Source: Asterias rubens
Taxonomy: Eukaryota
Length of the DNA stretch: 64,000 nt
Assembly: GCF_902459465.1 (NCBI RefSeq)
Contig: NC_047062.1
Span: 28,582,001-28,646,000 of the forward strand
Direction of reading: 5' to 3'
Below, piece after piece: positions 24,801 to 38,901 of this stretch (the first letter of the stretch is position 1; every line of letters begins with the position of its first letter). Position numbers and translations under genes: made by a program. Under the pieces are notes generated by a model, which searched no databases, was not told the DNA's origin, and saw nothing but the letters and a program-made list of their open reading frames with translations.

Positions 24801-26036
24801 CCTCTCTCATCACTCTGTATTACCATTGCTTATGCTCTACTTATCTATTTACTTTTGTCGTCTTCAGTAAGCCTGGTATTTTATTCTTTGTATGTTGTTG
24901 TCAGCATTTTGTATAGCCATTGTTCGTTTTGTCTGTCTTGTCCTTGCTNNNNNNNNNNNNNNNNNNNNNNNNNNNNNNNNNNNNNNNNNNNNNNNNNNNN
25001 NNNNNNNNNNNNNNNNNNNNNNNNNNNNNNNNNNNNNNNNNNNNNNNNNNNNNNNNNNNNNNNNNNNNNNNNNNNNNNNNNNNNNNNNNNNNNNNNNNNN
25101 NNNNNNNNNNNNNNNNNNNNNNNNNNNNNNNNNNNNNNNNNNNNNNNNNNNNNNNNNNNNNNNNNNNNNNNNNNNNNNNNNNNNNNNNNNNNNNNNNNNN
25201 NNNNNNNNNNNNNNNNNNNNNNNNNNNNNNNNNNNNNNNNNNNNNNNNNNNNNNNNNNNGGCGTTGGATCTTTTCTTCCTCGGTAAAAACCGCTCCTGGT
25301 ATCTCACCTGGTGTCTGAATACCAGATGAGCAACATGGAGGTATGATGAGGGAGATGGCTCAGCAAGCTATTAATCCTAACCGCTTCAATAACTTTATAT
25401 TAAGGAGGTTTCGCTTGCGAACGGATCGGTTAGTGCAAAGAATAGGTCCTCACTATGACGTCATACGCTACTCGCTATCCGATATACGTACAGACGACAC
25501 TGATATCCTGCTTGCTACACGTAAGTAGGTTACGGATAGCTAGACGTATGCATATGCGTACCCGTTGCGTGCAAAACCTCCCTTTATACTATCAGCTCTA
25601 TCTGGACGGAAAACGGGTCTCGAAGAATGTACCGGGTGGAATGGATATAAAGGCGGGAAGTGGATACCAGGTGAGCTTATCGGGGGAACCAGTCGGGAAC
25701 CAGCCACAACAATGCACCATTAATTAAATTTGGGCTGGTAACCCGTTTCTGAAAAGCAATACTATTGTGTGGTTAGCGAGTTTTTGTGTTTATGCTTTAT
25801 AAATAGAGCAGGATACCAGTAATAAATTGTACATTTAACGTGATATTTTGGCTGGTTGAGCGACTTTTTGTGCTGATGCTTAATGAAATTGGGCCCAGGG
25901 CTTTATACAGGTGAATATTGAGTATAGTTTGTATTGAGCGAATGACTTACATTTGCAGTTTGGATAGACACCCAGCGAGGGCCCCGACCTGATCATCTTC
26001 GCCTGAATCAGACGAGTAGCTTCTTCTGCTCGCCAT
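21886..26036 (-). CDS. C11orf68: C11orf68-like paralog 2; exons 26036-25951, 24746-24528, 22938-22780, 22306-21886; 294 aa
   Basis: Same four-exon phase-2 structure, 86+219+159+421=885 nt in frame. Close paralog of copy 1. The second gap lies in intron 1. Confidence 0.88.
24949..25259. other. Assembly gap (311 N)
   Basis: Run of N. Confidence 1.
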
Positions 26037-26933
26037 GAGTTTCAGTCTTTAAGTCTGCCGCAAAGATGGATTCAATACTGTCAGAAAAATCAGTATCAAA
26101 AACAGCAGGTCTGAATGAATACCCCATTCCCTCAGTTATCAAGGTCCAATAGGCAACATTCTTATTTGTTTTAGAACCTCTTTACTTTTTATGAACTACT
26201 GAAGGCGCGAACGATGTATAATTCTCTGATACCCTAATTGTTCAATTCGAGTTATGAAATTAGTCTAACATGCAGGGTGACCGTACACTGCTTTTGAATT
26301 TTCCATTAATTACGTGTGAGATAAAAAAATCAAAACCATCTACAAATTATTGTTTATAACTCTATATCACTTAAAGACACTGAACACCTTTGGTAGTTGT
26401 CAAAGACCAGTCTTCTCACTGGGTGTATCTCAACATTATGCACAAAATAACAAACCTGTGAAAATTTGAACTCAATTGGTCGTCGAAGTTGCTAGATAAC
26501 TATGAAAGAAAAAAAACCTTGTCAGACGAAGTTGTGTGCTTTCAGATGCTTGATTTCGAGACCTCAGAATCTAATTATGAAGTCTCGAAATCAAATTCGT
26601 GGAAAATTACTTCTTTCTCGAAAACTACGTCACTTCAGAGGGAGTTGTTTCTCACAATGTTTTATATTATCAACCTCTCCCCATTACTTGTTACCAAGTA
26701 AGGTTTTATGCTAATCATTATTTTGAGTAATTACCAATGCCTTATAACAGCCCCGATCTTAAGTTACAAATAATGCAACTAATTGTACAAAACAGTACTT
26801 TTTTTTATATATTTTCTATTTATTTTTTATTTTTATATGTAATTCGCCAGACACACGAGGCCTGAACCACTTCAAGGTGTGGGCTACAATTATTTTTGTC
26901 CAGAGGCCGTTGCCACCTACTCCTAGCTAGGGC

Positions 26934-27168
26934 TAGTCTTGGTTCCAAGACCATTGGTGTTGCGCGGTCACACACAACCAACGTTCCGATTATGCACGGC
27001 AAAAACTGTACACGCTTGTAATGAACGAACGCTAGCGAGATCTAAATCAGAGAAACAGAGCGCCCGCTAGCGTTCGTTCATTACAAGCGTGTACAGTTTT
27101 TGCCGTGCATAATCGGAACGTTGGTTGTGTGTGACCGCGCAACACCAATGGTCTTGGAACCAAGACTA
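26934..27168. mobile_element. Foldback MITE: 104-bp inverted arms with a 27-bp spacer
   Basis: 26934-27037 is the reverse complement of 27065-27168. The same terminus TAGTCTTGG(T)TCCAA recurs at about 46553-46712. Confidence 0.85.
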
Positions 27169-30100
27169 AGCTATGGCTGAAACATGGTTACCCCTTTTAC
27201 AGTCCATACGGATGTAGGCTTGGGTATCATCAGTCCGAAGCCTGGCCGGTAGAGCAGAAAGCACTACCTCCCCAATTCTGCTGTGAGAGGGTTTGTCAAC
27301 CTCCTTAAATCAACATAAAGTCCTTTATGGAAATTTCAGGCTGTTATAAAGGCTATTGTAATTTGGCGTGTCGTGGCTGAACAGTCAAGCGCACCGGGCT
27401 CAAGCTCTGTGTTACTGCTACTGGTGGTGCATTGAGCAGAGTGTGGGTTCAAGTCCCAGTCATGACACTTGTGTCCCTAAGCAAAATACTTAACCATTAT
27501 TGCCTAGTCCTTCAGATAGAAAAACTGTGTACGTTCCGTGCGTTGAGTAATGTACGTATTACACTTATCGTTGAGAGAAGGGGTTCGCCCAGGAATTTCA
27601 GGAAATGGCTGCCAAGTGCACCACAGTACCTTGTGAACCCCTTATAAGATGCTAAATAAACAGATCTCATTATAGAGCATTTAAACTCCAAAATCTGTCT
27701 TTAAATTTATAAAATGTCTCACTATGTGCAAGTACCTTGAGCACCTTATTGGTACATGTATACTGGCACGAAATAAGTCTACAATATTATAAATTATATA
27801 ACACCCAAGCAGATCCTTGCCATTTGATTGGAGGATTGTCCGTCACGTGATAGCAAATAAAAGTACTATTGCACGCTGAGTCACTCACCGTGCTATTTCG
27901 TTCCATCCGAAAAGTACCATTGCACGCTGGCAGCGTGCAATGGTACTTTTCGGATGGAACGAAAAAGCTGAGTAAAAACATCACTGCGTGCGCGTGTCTT
28001 TGGTAACGCAGCAGGTGTTACTGCAAGAAGGCATAGTAAAATTACTAGCATTCGGCTTCTACAGTTGAAATTGTTTGTTTTGAAAGTTGTATCTTTCAAT
28101 CAAAATGACTAAGATCTACTTGGGTGTTATATAAAACAAATAATGAATGTTTTTCATTCGTGCAATGGTGCGAATATGTTCATTCGTTGAAAGCTGGAAT
28201 GTTCCATTCAACTCGGCTCCGCCTCGTTGAATAGAACATTCCATCTTTCAACTCATGAACATATTCGCACCATTGCACTCATAAACATTCATTATGTGTA
28301 TACTACTCACCGTTATCTCTCCTGACTAGTTTAGCTCTGTCTTGATCCAGTTGTCACTATAGATATACCGTGTGTATCTGTACATCCAGAGTGGCCTGTG
28401 GCAGGTCCATGGTAAAAGTACGCTGTTATTGGTTTCTCAGCATGGGAAATTCCTAATGAGTAAACGCTTGCGCAAAGTGGGGATTCCCCTTTGTTGCAAT
28501 CGTATAGTCTACAAAGTACGGTGGCTACGAGAGGCCAGTTGGATTTCAACGAGCGTGTAGTTGTATGGTGGACACTTTCTTACACATAGTCTTTCGATCA
28601 CCCACTTATCACGGACACTTAAAATATGTTCATCCATTTGTTTACAGAGTCAACAAAACTCGTCTGAATGTATGTAACAACTGTAACTGAATAGGCTTAT
28701 TATGAGGTAAAACGTTTAGGCTTCCTATTTCTTTATCAATCATACACGAAAACACTTGCACATCTTGAGAAATCTTTTATTTTCTCGATAAAATACAATC
28801 AAAACCACATTGTTGTTCTGACAGGGGGCCAGTCTGGACTTCCGACATCGCATGATAATTTTGTGAGTGGGGCTGGGGTTATCCCCGGAGATAAAAAAAT
28901 TTCCTTTCCGTATTGAGTAGAGGAGTAAACAACTACTTGAACGAATTTGTTTTTGACGGGAATTAGTTTATAACTAGTTTATTTACCGTGTAAATGTTGT
29001 GGGGTTTTTTTGCGACTCAAAAATCAGGCCCCAACCTCAAGTTTTTGCTAAACTAAAAACACTTCTGCCGTTGTTGACGGCGTGCGTCAAAATGGTAATA
29101 CGTTGAGGTCATGTGTGGGAGTTTGCTTTGTTATGCACCAACGCTGCAACAAAGCGGCTATACACCATGTATAACATGATCGATGGCGTAAACAGAGATT
29201 TCCGCGAATCTTTCAGAAAAGCACTGGATTGGGGTATTCAAAAATGTTTTTTTTTTTTTGCACATTTAAAATCTATTCATAGTCATATGATTCATTTCCT
29301 TATTAATTGAAGAAAAAAATGAATTTCAATCCAGATCATGACTTTACATTTTCGTTCAAGTATTAAAGAAACTACATTTTGATTGTATTATAATAAGAAA
29401 ATATTATATTATCGGTTTTTTTTCTTTTACAAACCTTTTTTTAGATGATTGAACTAATAAAAACTCAAAATAACATGAGAACTTGTTACACTGCAAATTT
29501 GTTGGTCAAAAAATGTGTTGGGTAAATGCATTACTAATTTGTTGGTCACAAATAATGGACGTTGGTTAAACAAAACCGTTGCCCAACATGCTTGGGCAAA
29601 GTTGACCAAATTATTGGTTAACTGGTTGGTTCAATGTATATATTATTGTAGTTGGGCAAGATTTGCCCGAGAAGTTGGTCAAAATTACCCCAGTAACCAA
29701 TGGTGTTGTGCACAAAGCTTTCTGGTTGTTGGGCAAAGTTACCGGTGCGCAATATTGTAACGAAACTGTAATGATGTAGTATTAGTGTACATGTACATGT
29801 GAGTCATTCCATGTCAGACCAACGCACTCTTTTACCTCATGTCTTCCGATTTTGAAAAAAAATTGCTGTGCTTGTAGGTCCAAATGAGCAATGAATGCAC
29901 ACCAATTTTCAGCCCGATCGGACTTTCCATGTGGTCAGGGCAGAAACCACTAAAATCTGACATTTTGAGGGTAAAATACCACCTTTTTGGTAAAAATATG
30001 TCATAACCATGTCAATTTGGTATCAAAATTATGAAAATTGCATGCTCAAATCAGTTCTTTTGTCAAAAATAAATTTTCTGAAAATGTAGGTCACTGTTAT

Positions 30101-33100
30101 CCTTAATATGTTATCGTGACCTTTCCCAGTTTTTGAAATAATGTACCATTCCAAAAATCAACGAAATAAAAATCTCTTGATAGAGCATGTCTTCCTCTAT
30201 CAGAATCCACTAAGAAACAGTTGGGCTCTTCAAAATTTACAACTTTATGACTATTTTTGTACAAGTACCGTGATCTTTAATATGTTATCGTGACCTTTGA
30301 CCCAATTTGTGAAACAATGCATCATTCCAAAAATCAACAAAATAAAAATCACTTGATAGAACATGTTTTCCTCTATCACAATCAACCAAGAAACAACTGG
30401 GCTCATGTACAACGTTTGTACTGTATGTAGTAGTGGTAGGCCTACACACACACACAAGCAACATCATGGCGGCTGGCTGTCAAAAATACTCTTCGAGATT
30501 GGGGAATGGAGTGCTTCTCTGAAACGTTATAGGTTAGAAGCAAAAACAACCAATATTTAAAGGTTTACCCATAGAATACACTGATTCATGTGTGGGGACA
30601 CAGTTTAGTTTTCAGAAGTAAAGTAGGACGGAGCCCACCGTGCATAGTTTGATGTTTACTCTCGTGTTGGGGAAATGGCTGAACAGTCCGTTGTCGTTAA
30701 CGATCGAAAGGCAAGGGTTATTAGATTGAATCCGTTGTGTTCCAGACTTTTTGATCGGGCTCAGTTATCTCGTCAAAATTATATTGACCCAATATTATTC
30801 GGAAATTGTCATTTTAAAAAAGCAAAAAAAAAAAAAAAAAGGGCAATGAACACTGTTGATTGCTGACTCTTTTACCAGGTTACTTCTGACATGATAAATT
30901 TATTTACCTTTAAATTGTGAGCTGTATAATTTGGGCCTTTTGGATTTGAGGAATAATCTATTACAAGACATAATGCAGTATTAAGTCAAGCATGACATTA
31001 AATTGCGCTATTGTTATTCAATAACTCATTATTTCAGGTTCAGAAACAAATAAAAGGACTTGACACCTTGTTTGGGTTGCTCACTGGTACGCTACTCTGC
31101 TGACAGCTTTATTCCACATCCAGACAAACCCTAGTACAAACATAGATCCATAAACCTAATTCAATCTTATGTCATGTAACAATCAATGTTAAAGATTAAT
31201 TCTCAATAGGTAGCCCTCCACCTCAGTTAACACTAAGCAAGTACGCATAACACTTAATTATAAGCCAATACTTATCCATACAATGTGAACTTCATATCAT
31301 GTGCTATATTACATCAAACAATTTGTTACCCAATTTCACCCCAAATAACAGTCTAAAACTCCTACTCACCAACCGATCCGCCTGTCTATTTATCGTTTAA
31401 TCTCCATGAGGGGGTCTCTTCACTCGCTTCCTCCACCCCTATGGGCACTCTCTCATCGTTTGTCAAACATGCTAACTTTTAGGAACCAACACAGCAAAAG
31501 GATCCAACAAATAGACCCCCATCGTCTAACCCATGCCCAGCTAAAATAACTACTCTCCACACTGATTCATATATATACCAATCTCACGTATGAAGAGCTG
31601 AAGATTGAAAATAACATAGTGAATGTTTGTATAAATGTGTACAATTAATTTACATACCAGGAATGAAGACAAGATTGAGACCAAATTCTTAATCAGATAA
31701 AATAATCCAAAAAAGTATGCATTTTTACATCCTTGACTTTTGTATCAGTGCGACTACGTACCAGTAAAGAACAATGGCGCCTTCTATCGGTTACCAAAGT
31801 CATTCAACAAATCTTTCTATAGCCGTAAAAAAAATGTCCATGGGTATGTAAAAATATTGATTCGTCGCAGCAAAAATGTGTTTTTTTAAAATACAGAGCT
31901 TTTCATAAAATAAAATAAATTATAACAGAAAAACATTAAGAAATACGCATAGGCCCTATATTTTTTCAAGTACAACAAACAAAATATCCAATGACTAAAA
32001 GAAAACCAATGGATAACAAGTTATTTTCACTATTCCAATTTTGTTGACCAGCAGCGTATCATAAAACCGTTTGATTACAACGTCCCGGCAAACTAATGCT
32101 TTTTGTCAAAATTAGCAGTAGGCCTAAGCTTTGATTCAAAATTCACCACACTTTCACTTTTTACTAAACTAACCCGTGCATTCTTTGAATATATGAAGTT
32201 GTTTGCTGTCACGAAAAAATCCTTAAACATAACTTTAATAACTACAAACCGCTGAAAGTATGATTTACAACATCATCTTAATCTAATTAGCTTCCATTAA
32301 ATATATTAGGTTATTACTAATTACTCGTGCTTCGTTCAGTTCCTTTTAATAAAAACAGGAGGCCAGCGGACAGAAACTGTGAAACTTGCAAAATAATCTT
32401 TTGTTGAAGGAATTCGTAGGACTTCTAAAAAATTTGAACTGTTGTTTTTCCTGTGTTTTCTTATATTTTGTTATACAATCAAGTACAATAGTCACAAAAG
32501 ATAAGTCTGTCTCTATGAACAACGGTTACTTTGAGAAGATTTATTCCACGGATAAAAACACTCAGTACTTATTTTGAAATCGGTTTGACTAAATCAGAGA
32601 AATCACACCCAGATCCAAAATGGTCGACAAAACTAAAATCAGCTCCGAATTGTGTTTAGTGTTTAACAAGGAATGAATGATGCGTACAATCTCTTGGTCT
32701 CACTCGTGAACCGAAAAGCTCCTTATTTGAATAAGAGAACTTTTGACATGACGGGAAAACGTGACTAGTCTATGTTGCTTGTATTTTGTACATCTTTCTC
32801 ATTGCATCCCATTCCGATACGTAGATTGAAGGCCTCAATCCATATTTATTCCTAGAATTTATACCTAAGTTGGCATAAACACCTGGTTTAAACTTTAGTT
32901 TCCACTTATACATGTCACGTAGTTTTCGTTCTATCGCCATGACATCAGTGTAATCTGTGAAGTCTTTCGTGTACACACTGATGACGTGATTTCTGTAATT
33001 GTACATTTCTTTACCTTCGGGCCTGTCATCGATTGGTGTCACTTTAGCGCCTGTTCCCAGCTGACCTTCAACCGTTGCCAAAGCAATTTGCTCCCATATT

Positions 33101-33264
33101 TGGTCTACGCTCCTGGTTTGAACAAACAGGAGCCAGATACCGTACATACATCTTCGTTAAAGAAAACAAATACAATTCATAAACACGATTTGTGATGTGT
33201 GTACCATGCAGTGCTTTATGATACAACGTATCAGTCAATTTGTCGCAGTATAGTCCGTTCCTAA

Positions 33265-33508
33265 CTAGACTTGTGGACAAGTCGTTAAATGTCTGTCGGG
33301 GTTATAGCGTTCAGAATCTTCCCGCGATATTCTCGCGAGACTGTTGGCCCGCGAGACTACTGCTCTCACGACTACCGGTCCCATTTTTAACGGGGAGTAG
33401 AAGTCGGGCAACCAGCAGTTCCCGCGGAGCAGTTTATCTCGCGAGAGAACCGCCACATCTCGACTATCTCACCGCGGCAGACCATTAACGACTTATCTAC
33501 AAGTCTAG
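33265..33508. mobile_element. 244-bp MITE with a 7-bp target duplication in intron 3 of paralog 3
   Basis: Imperfect about 30-bp TIRs ctagacttgtggacaagtcgttaa / ttaacgacttatctacaagtctag, flanked by ttcctaa at 33258-33264 and 33509-33515. Confidence 0.75.
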
Positions 33509-35226
33509 TTCCTAACATGCGAAGCCCCTTAAGGGACGGGTAACGAAAATATTGAACAGGTTATTAAAATGTGAACATTATTATTATGTAAATATTATTA
33601 TTATGTGAGGGTACGAAATGGTATTTCGAGGGAACATAATTTTATTATTTTGGAGGAACGGAATCATTTCATTATTTTTCTACAATTTTGATATTTTTGT
33701 ACTAGTCCCTTTAGGAGCTGCTCTGCTTTGCGTTTTGGTGTTTAAAGACAAAACTTCGACATTTTAGAAGCAAACCCCCTTCGAGTCTCGACTTTGAATG
33801 GCATCATCCTTGTTTGTACATGTATTATCAAAAGAAAAAGGCCTTTTCATACTACCTCCATTTCGAACCACGTTGAAACCTACCCGGGTCCCCTCCGGTT
33901 CAGCCTCGCTTTTTTTCGACACCGCATCAGAGACAAGCAACATTCACACTAGTCTCTACGTGAACCGGCTAATGCGTGAACCGAACGCCGACAAAGCCAT
34001 TTCGATCCGGACAAAGATTTTCAACCTTGGTCCCTGCCAGGGTTGATTTCAATCCGGCTAGAGCATGCTATACCCGGATCGGAGGCGGATTGAAATGTTT
34101 ACAGTGTGAAACGATTTGAACAAAATCTCCGGTTCGGAACCGGTTCCAACCCCGGAGATTTTGGACAGTGTGAAAAGGCCTATTAAAGGTAAAGAAAATC
34201 TTACATACCCATAAGAAACTGCTAACTGTTTGACCTTACTGAAGTTGATTGCATCGTTTGAGTCAGTCAGTTTTCTCCAGGCGGTTTCAAGTCCTTCTTT
34301 ATCATTTTCTATTGAAACATGGCTTGGAGACACCACCATAATCTTAATAATTCCATCGGATCTGTGGGCAAAAAAAGACAAACAGTTACATTTCCAATGA
34401 CTCTATTTTTTCGATTTTCGGATTTATGTACATGGCAAAGAAGTTGTGAGAATGATTCATCATGAAATAGCTTTACAAATAAGAAACTAACAATATACTC
34501 GCTTTAATTAAAACACAGTAATTAATGATACCAGGCACATGCAGGATAAAACTATATACTTACTGTCGCCTCGTCTTTGAGGGTGCACATTTCTCTAGAA
34601 ATTGCAGAAATCTTTGACGCCATTCGATTCCTCCATATTCGGAAGGATCAAACCGGTAAAAATCCTCTGTATTTGCTAACTTGGAGTCAGCGAACTTCCG
34701 ATCGGAGGCAGTCAGCTCTCCTTTCTGAAGATGACTTCCTTCCCCCATACGTGGGTTAGACACCTTGTTGCTGCCCTGTGCCGGGATTGGCGTTTGAAAA
34801 CTCGTTCTTGCTTTGGGTGGTTGTTCTTGGGGTCATGATCGCTGCCCGCGGCTCTCCAGAACCCTCAGGTTCCAGGTTCCCCCATCCACAAGCTCCTAGA
34901 TGATTACGGTCAGAGCCAAATCCTGCAGACGTCTCAGTGTATTCTGCATCTCTGCAGCCATGGTCAGCCTCCGGTCGGGGTTGGGGGTCAGTGCGTGTTT
35001 GCTTCAGACGCTCGTCGTCTTTACCTCGAACGTCCAGTAGAGACTCTTGCCTTAGAGCATGTGGGTTCCCATCGGTTTGCTCTTTGATTGTTTTAGAGCC
35101 TGTGCCTTTATTTGGCCTGGGGGAAAAAATCGAGACGGGAGATGAAAGAATAGCGCGTCATAGTTTTTAACCGTTAGATTGTGTACTTGAATTGTGGCGT
35201 TCGTAATAATATCTCTTGGTCATAGA

Positions 35227-35624
35227 TAGCCTAAACATCTGACGTCACACTTCGAGGCTCGTGAATAACGCCAGAGACCGGCCTCCAAACCGGCGTGTGT
35301 CTTCACCTTTGACCTCTATTCATTTCACATAGAGATACGCAGTCAAATTCTACACCAACATTACATGCAAATATCCACATGTACACGAACATGTATACCA
35401 CACACGGTAGACACACCAAGACAACCGAAAGGAAGCTTTCCATATCTGTGTTTTGATTGGTCGTCCGACGTGACCTCAGACCAATCAAAACAAACCCAGG
35501 TACGGTAGCTTTTAGTCACTGCATTTATCCAATGATATCATTGTATCCAATTGAATCACTCGATCTAAATAGCAGGTACCTGTCTTTATCCTTGCGGATA
35601 AAGACTGACAGGGGCCCAGTCTAG
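35227..35624. repeat. Dispersed CRE/CCAAT-rich module; other copies about 6510-6795, 13718-13990, 18600-18880, 23783-23990, and inverted at about 49785-50375 and 53505-54090
   Basis: Shared blocks TGACGTCAC, aatccccgtccataatcacctttcacc, (a/g)accgaaag, gaccaatcaaaaca, gtcactgca..tttatccaatg..tatccaat. Confidence 0.75.
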
Positions 35625-36124
35625 GTCATAGAAATCTATGATGAGACTTTGTGTGTCGTTGGTGGCAGCAGACGTACCAGGCAAACCGTGTTCTTGGAAA
35701 TAAGCATGCCCCAAAATATATTTATACATTTAACATGGAAGGAATCTGCAATTTATTTTCTCCTACTATCCCAAAGTCCCAATTAGTTGTCAAACATATG
35801 GATTTAAACTTCATTAATCAAACATCCCTTTGGGTTTTATGAACACAAGGGATTTCAATTCAATTCAATGCAATTTAAAAAACGTTAATCATCTTCAACA
35901 GGCTATTACATCGATTAAAAAAGATTATTTGACAAGACAGTAAGAAAGACTCTGCTAAAAGTGGTTGACCCACAGCAATTATTTACAAGTGATTACACAT
36001 AAAAACATTAAAGGGACACGTTGCATTGGATGTATGAAAAGCGTTTGAAAACCGTTTGTTATCAAATGCATATGGTTGGAAAGATGTTTTAAAAGTAGAA
36101 TACAATGATCCACACACATATGCC

Positions 36125-36352
36125 TAGCCTTGTCCAAGGCTCTTTACGCCAAGCACCGGCCCGCTCTGACTTCATGAAATGCATAAGATACTAAACCGCA
36201 CGGCCTCGTTTTGTAACCTCGTTGATACCTCGAAAGCCATGCTTCGACCCCGCGGTATCACAGTACTGTTGTGTGCCGTGCGGTATAGTATCTATGCATT
36301 TCGTGAAGTCAGAGCGGGCCGGTGCTTGCGTAAAGAGCCTTGGACAAGGCTA
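36125..36352. mobile_element. Small TIR element nested in other MITEs (related copy about 24077-24253)
   Basis: TIRs tagccttgtccaaggctctttacgc / gcgtaaagagccttggacaaggcta. Confidence 0.75.
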
Positions 36353-37283
36353 ATATATGCCTCGAAATTGCACTGTTTTCCTGTTAACGAACACGGCACG
36401 CCATTTTGTGGAGTCAATTTGTTCTTTTGACTCCACAAAATGGCCGACCGTGTAAGTTCGCAAAACAAAAGAAAACTGTATACGCAATTTCGGGGCTTAT
36501 TTGTGTGGATCATTATATTCCACTTTCGAATCATCTTTCTAACCGTATGCATTTTACAACAAACGGTTTCCAACGCTTTTCTAGACTATATAACTCGTCC
36601 GATCCAATCCAACGTGTCCCTTTAATTAGGGATGCATGTTTTGAATTTCTTTTGTTTCAAGGTTAAAAATAAAGACTCACAGTGTGAGTTTGTTCAATCC
36701 ATCAACCAGGGCACTGACTGGATCCTCATCAGAGTCAGGCGGAAGTTCCGATTTCCGATTCATCATAGATTAACACGCTGTTGGAAATCTGGAAAGAGAA
36801 TATCAATTTCAAATCAAGCATTTAAAGGGAAGGTACACGTTTGGTAATTACTCAAAACAAATATTAACTTAAAAACTGACTTGGTAACGAGCATTGGAGA
36901 GCTGGTAGTATAAAACATTGTGGGAAACGACTCCCTCTGAAGTAATGTAGTTATTGAGAAAGAGGTAATTTCTCACTAAAATATTAAAAGACTTCTATAG
37001 CTAGAGCACACAAATTCGTCCAACAAGGGTGTTTCTTCTTTCATCATTTTCTCGCAACTTCGATGACCAATTGAACCCATATTTTCACAGGCTTGTTATT
37101 TTATGCTTATGATGGGATACACCAAGTGAGAGTACATGTCTTTGACAATTACCAAAGGTGTACAGTGTCTTTAAAGGGGCTTGTAGGCCTAGTTAGTGAT
37201 TTTAAACCACTCAAATGAATGTTCACGTATGTATAAGGATCCAGGCTTAATAATGCTTTCAACCTGCATATACCACCACAAAT

Positions 37284-37915
37284 GTGGTAAAATATACCCT
37301 CATAACCATGGTACACCATACACACCACATCACAGACGCGGTAAAGTATACCCTCATAACCATGGTACAGCATACACACCACATCACAGACTCGGTAAAG
37401 TATACCTCCCAAAACATGGTCAAATATACCCTCATAACCATGGTACAGCATACACACAACATCACAGACGCGGTAAAATATACCCTCATAACCATGGTAC
37501 AGCATACACACAACATCACAGACGCGGTAAAGTATACCCTCATAACCATGGTACAGCATACACACCACATCACAGACTCGGTAAAGTATACCTCCCAAAA
37601 CATGGTCAAATGTACCCTCATAACCATGGTACAGCATACACACCACATCACAGACGCGGTAAAGTATACCTCCCAAAACATGGTCAAATATACCCTCATA
37701 ACCATGGTACAGCACACACACCACATCACAGACGCGGTAAAGTATACCTCCCAAAACATGGTCAAATGTACCCTCATAACCATGGTACACACCACATCAC
37801 AGACGCGGTAAAGTATACCTCCCAAAACATGGTCAAATGTACCCTCATAGCCATGGTACAGCATACACACCACATCACAGACGCGGTAAAGTATACCTCC
37901 CAAAACACGGTTAAC
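37284..37915. repeat. Minisatellite with about 51-bp and longer variant units
   Basis: Repeated ggtaaagtataccctcataaccatggtacagcatacacaccacatcacagacgc with optional cctcccaaaacatggtcaaa inserts. Confidence 0.92.
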
Positions 37916-38901
37916 CATGGTTAACCGTGTTTTTACATTGTATTGTTATTATATAACCATTGTGTTTCTTGTTCTACGGTAAATCTTTGATGTGCATTTT
38001 TTCGATACGTGTTTTTTTTTCATGTTTGCTGGCAAATGAAATTAAATGAAATGGTAAAGCATACACGTGTGTGGATTAATACCCCATTCACAGTTCATTT
38101 ATCAAGGTACCTTTTATCGAGGTACATTATAGGCCCTACTTCTAGTTTGTTGTAGAGCTTCTTCTTTTTTATGAACTTCTGACGATATGAACCGTCTCGA
38201 AATAGTTTATTTGCTGCAATTTAGGCCCCGATATTAATAAAGTGTTCTGATAAATTAAGTGTTCAAGTTTCAATTCGATTTCTGAAATTAGTTGAGTGAC
38301 AAAGAGCGTACTGAACTTTACAGCTGAGCCCTTTTTCCGATCGTCTTCCGGTTGTTGTGACATGAATAAAGAATTAAAAACCTGTCTTTCAAATTGCCTC
38401 TTTTTGTTCAAGCACCTTGAGCATCTTTTGGTAGATAACGGGCGCTATTTATACTACAATATTATAAACTACTTACAGTTATCTCTCGCGACTAGTTTTG
38501 CTTCGTCTTTGCTCCAAGTTTTATACACATAGGTATACGGTGTATTTTGTACTGTTAATGCTGTTGCTGGGGTGTTTTTTTGTAATAAATCGTAGTGCAA
38601 CATGAATAATGCTGTTGGGACCTTTGGCCAGTAATATTTGTTCGCGCGACCTATGACCTATGATTTTTTTTAAATAAAAACAAACTTTACCTGTAGCATC
38701 AGGACAGGCAGTGATGGCCTCAAACCCGCTGTTACTATAGGCATATCCCAAAACAGAAATAAACATGTAGTTTGTGACACCTTTATATTTTTCTATTGAT
38801 TATTTCAAGTTTCTTTGACAATTAAACCATAAACACTAATGTATTATTAATCAATTTTTAATCAAAATGTTCAATTAAACCAAAATCTGATTGCCTTTCT
38901 T

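Larger units (their letters stand above)
32770..36766 (-). pseudogene. C11orf68: C11orf68-like paralog 3; exons 36766-36681, 35116-34564, 34361-34209, 33151-32770; apparent frameshift in exon 2 (a 239-aa product is possible from the internal ATG at 34748)
   Basis: 86-nt exon 1 (MMNRKSELPPDSDEDPVSALVDGLNKLT, GTGAGT donor). Phase-2 acceptor TTTTTTCCCCCAG|G at 35116. Exon 2 is 553 nt, not a multiple of 3: the upstream frame stops at TAA 34758-34756, 1 nt out of register with the conserved FDPSEY..PSK frame. Exons 3-4 are intact (GIWLLF..AKVTP..SVYTKDFTD..FKP). Confidence 0.65.

Noticed and set aside
24729-25329. ORFs spanning the second gap
   Set aside because: Artefacts of N runs.
37149-37924. 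Four 175-242 aa ORFs on both strands
   Set aside because: Translations of a stop-poor minisatellite; no splice or homology support.
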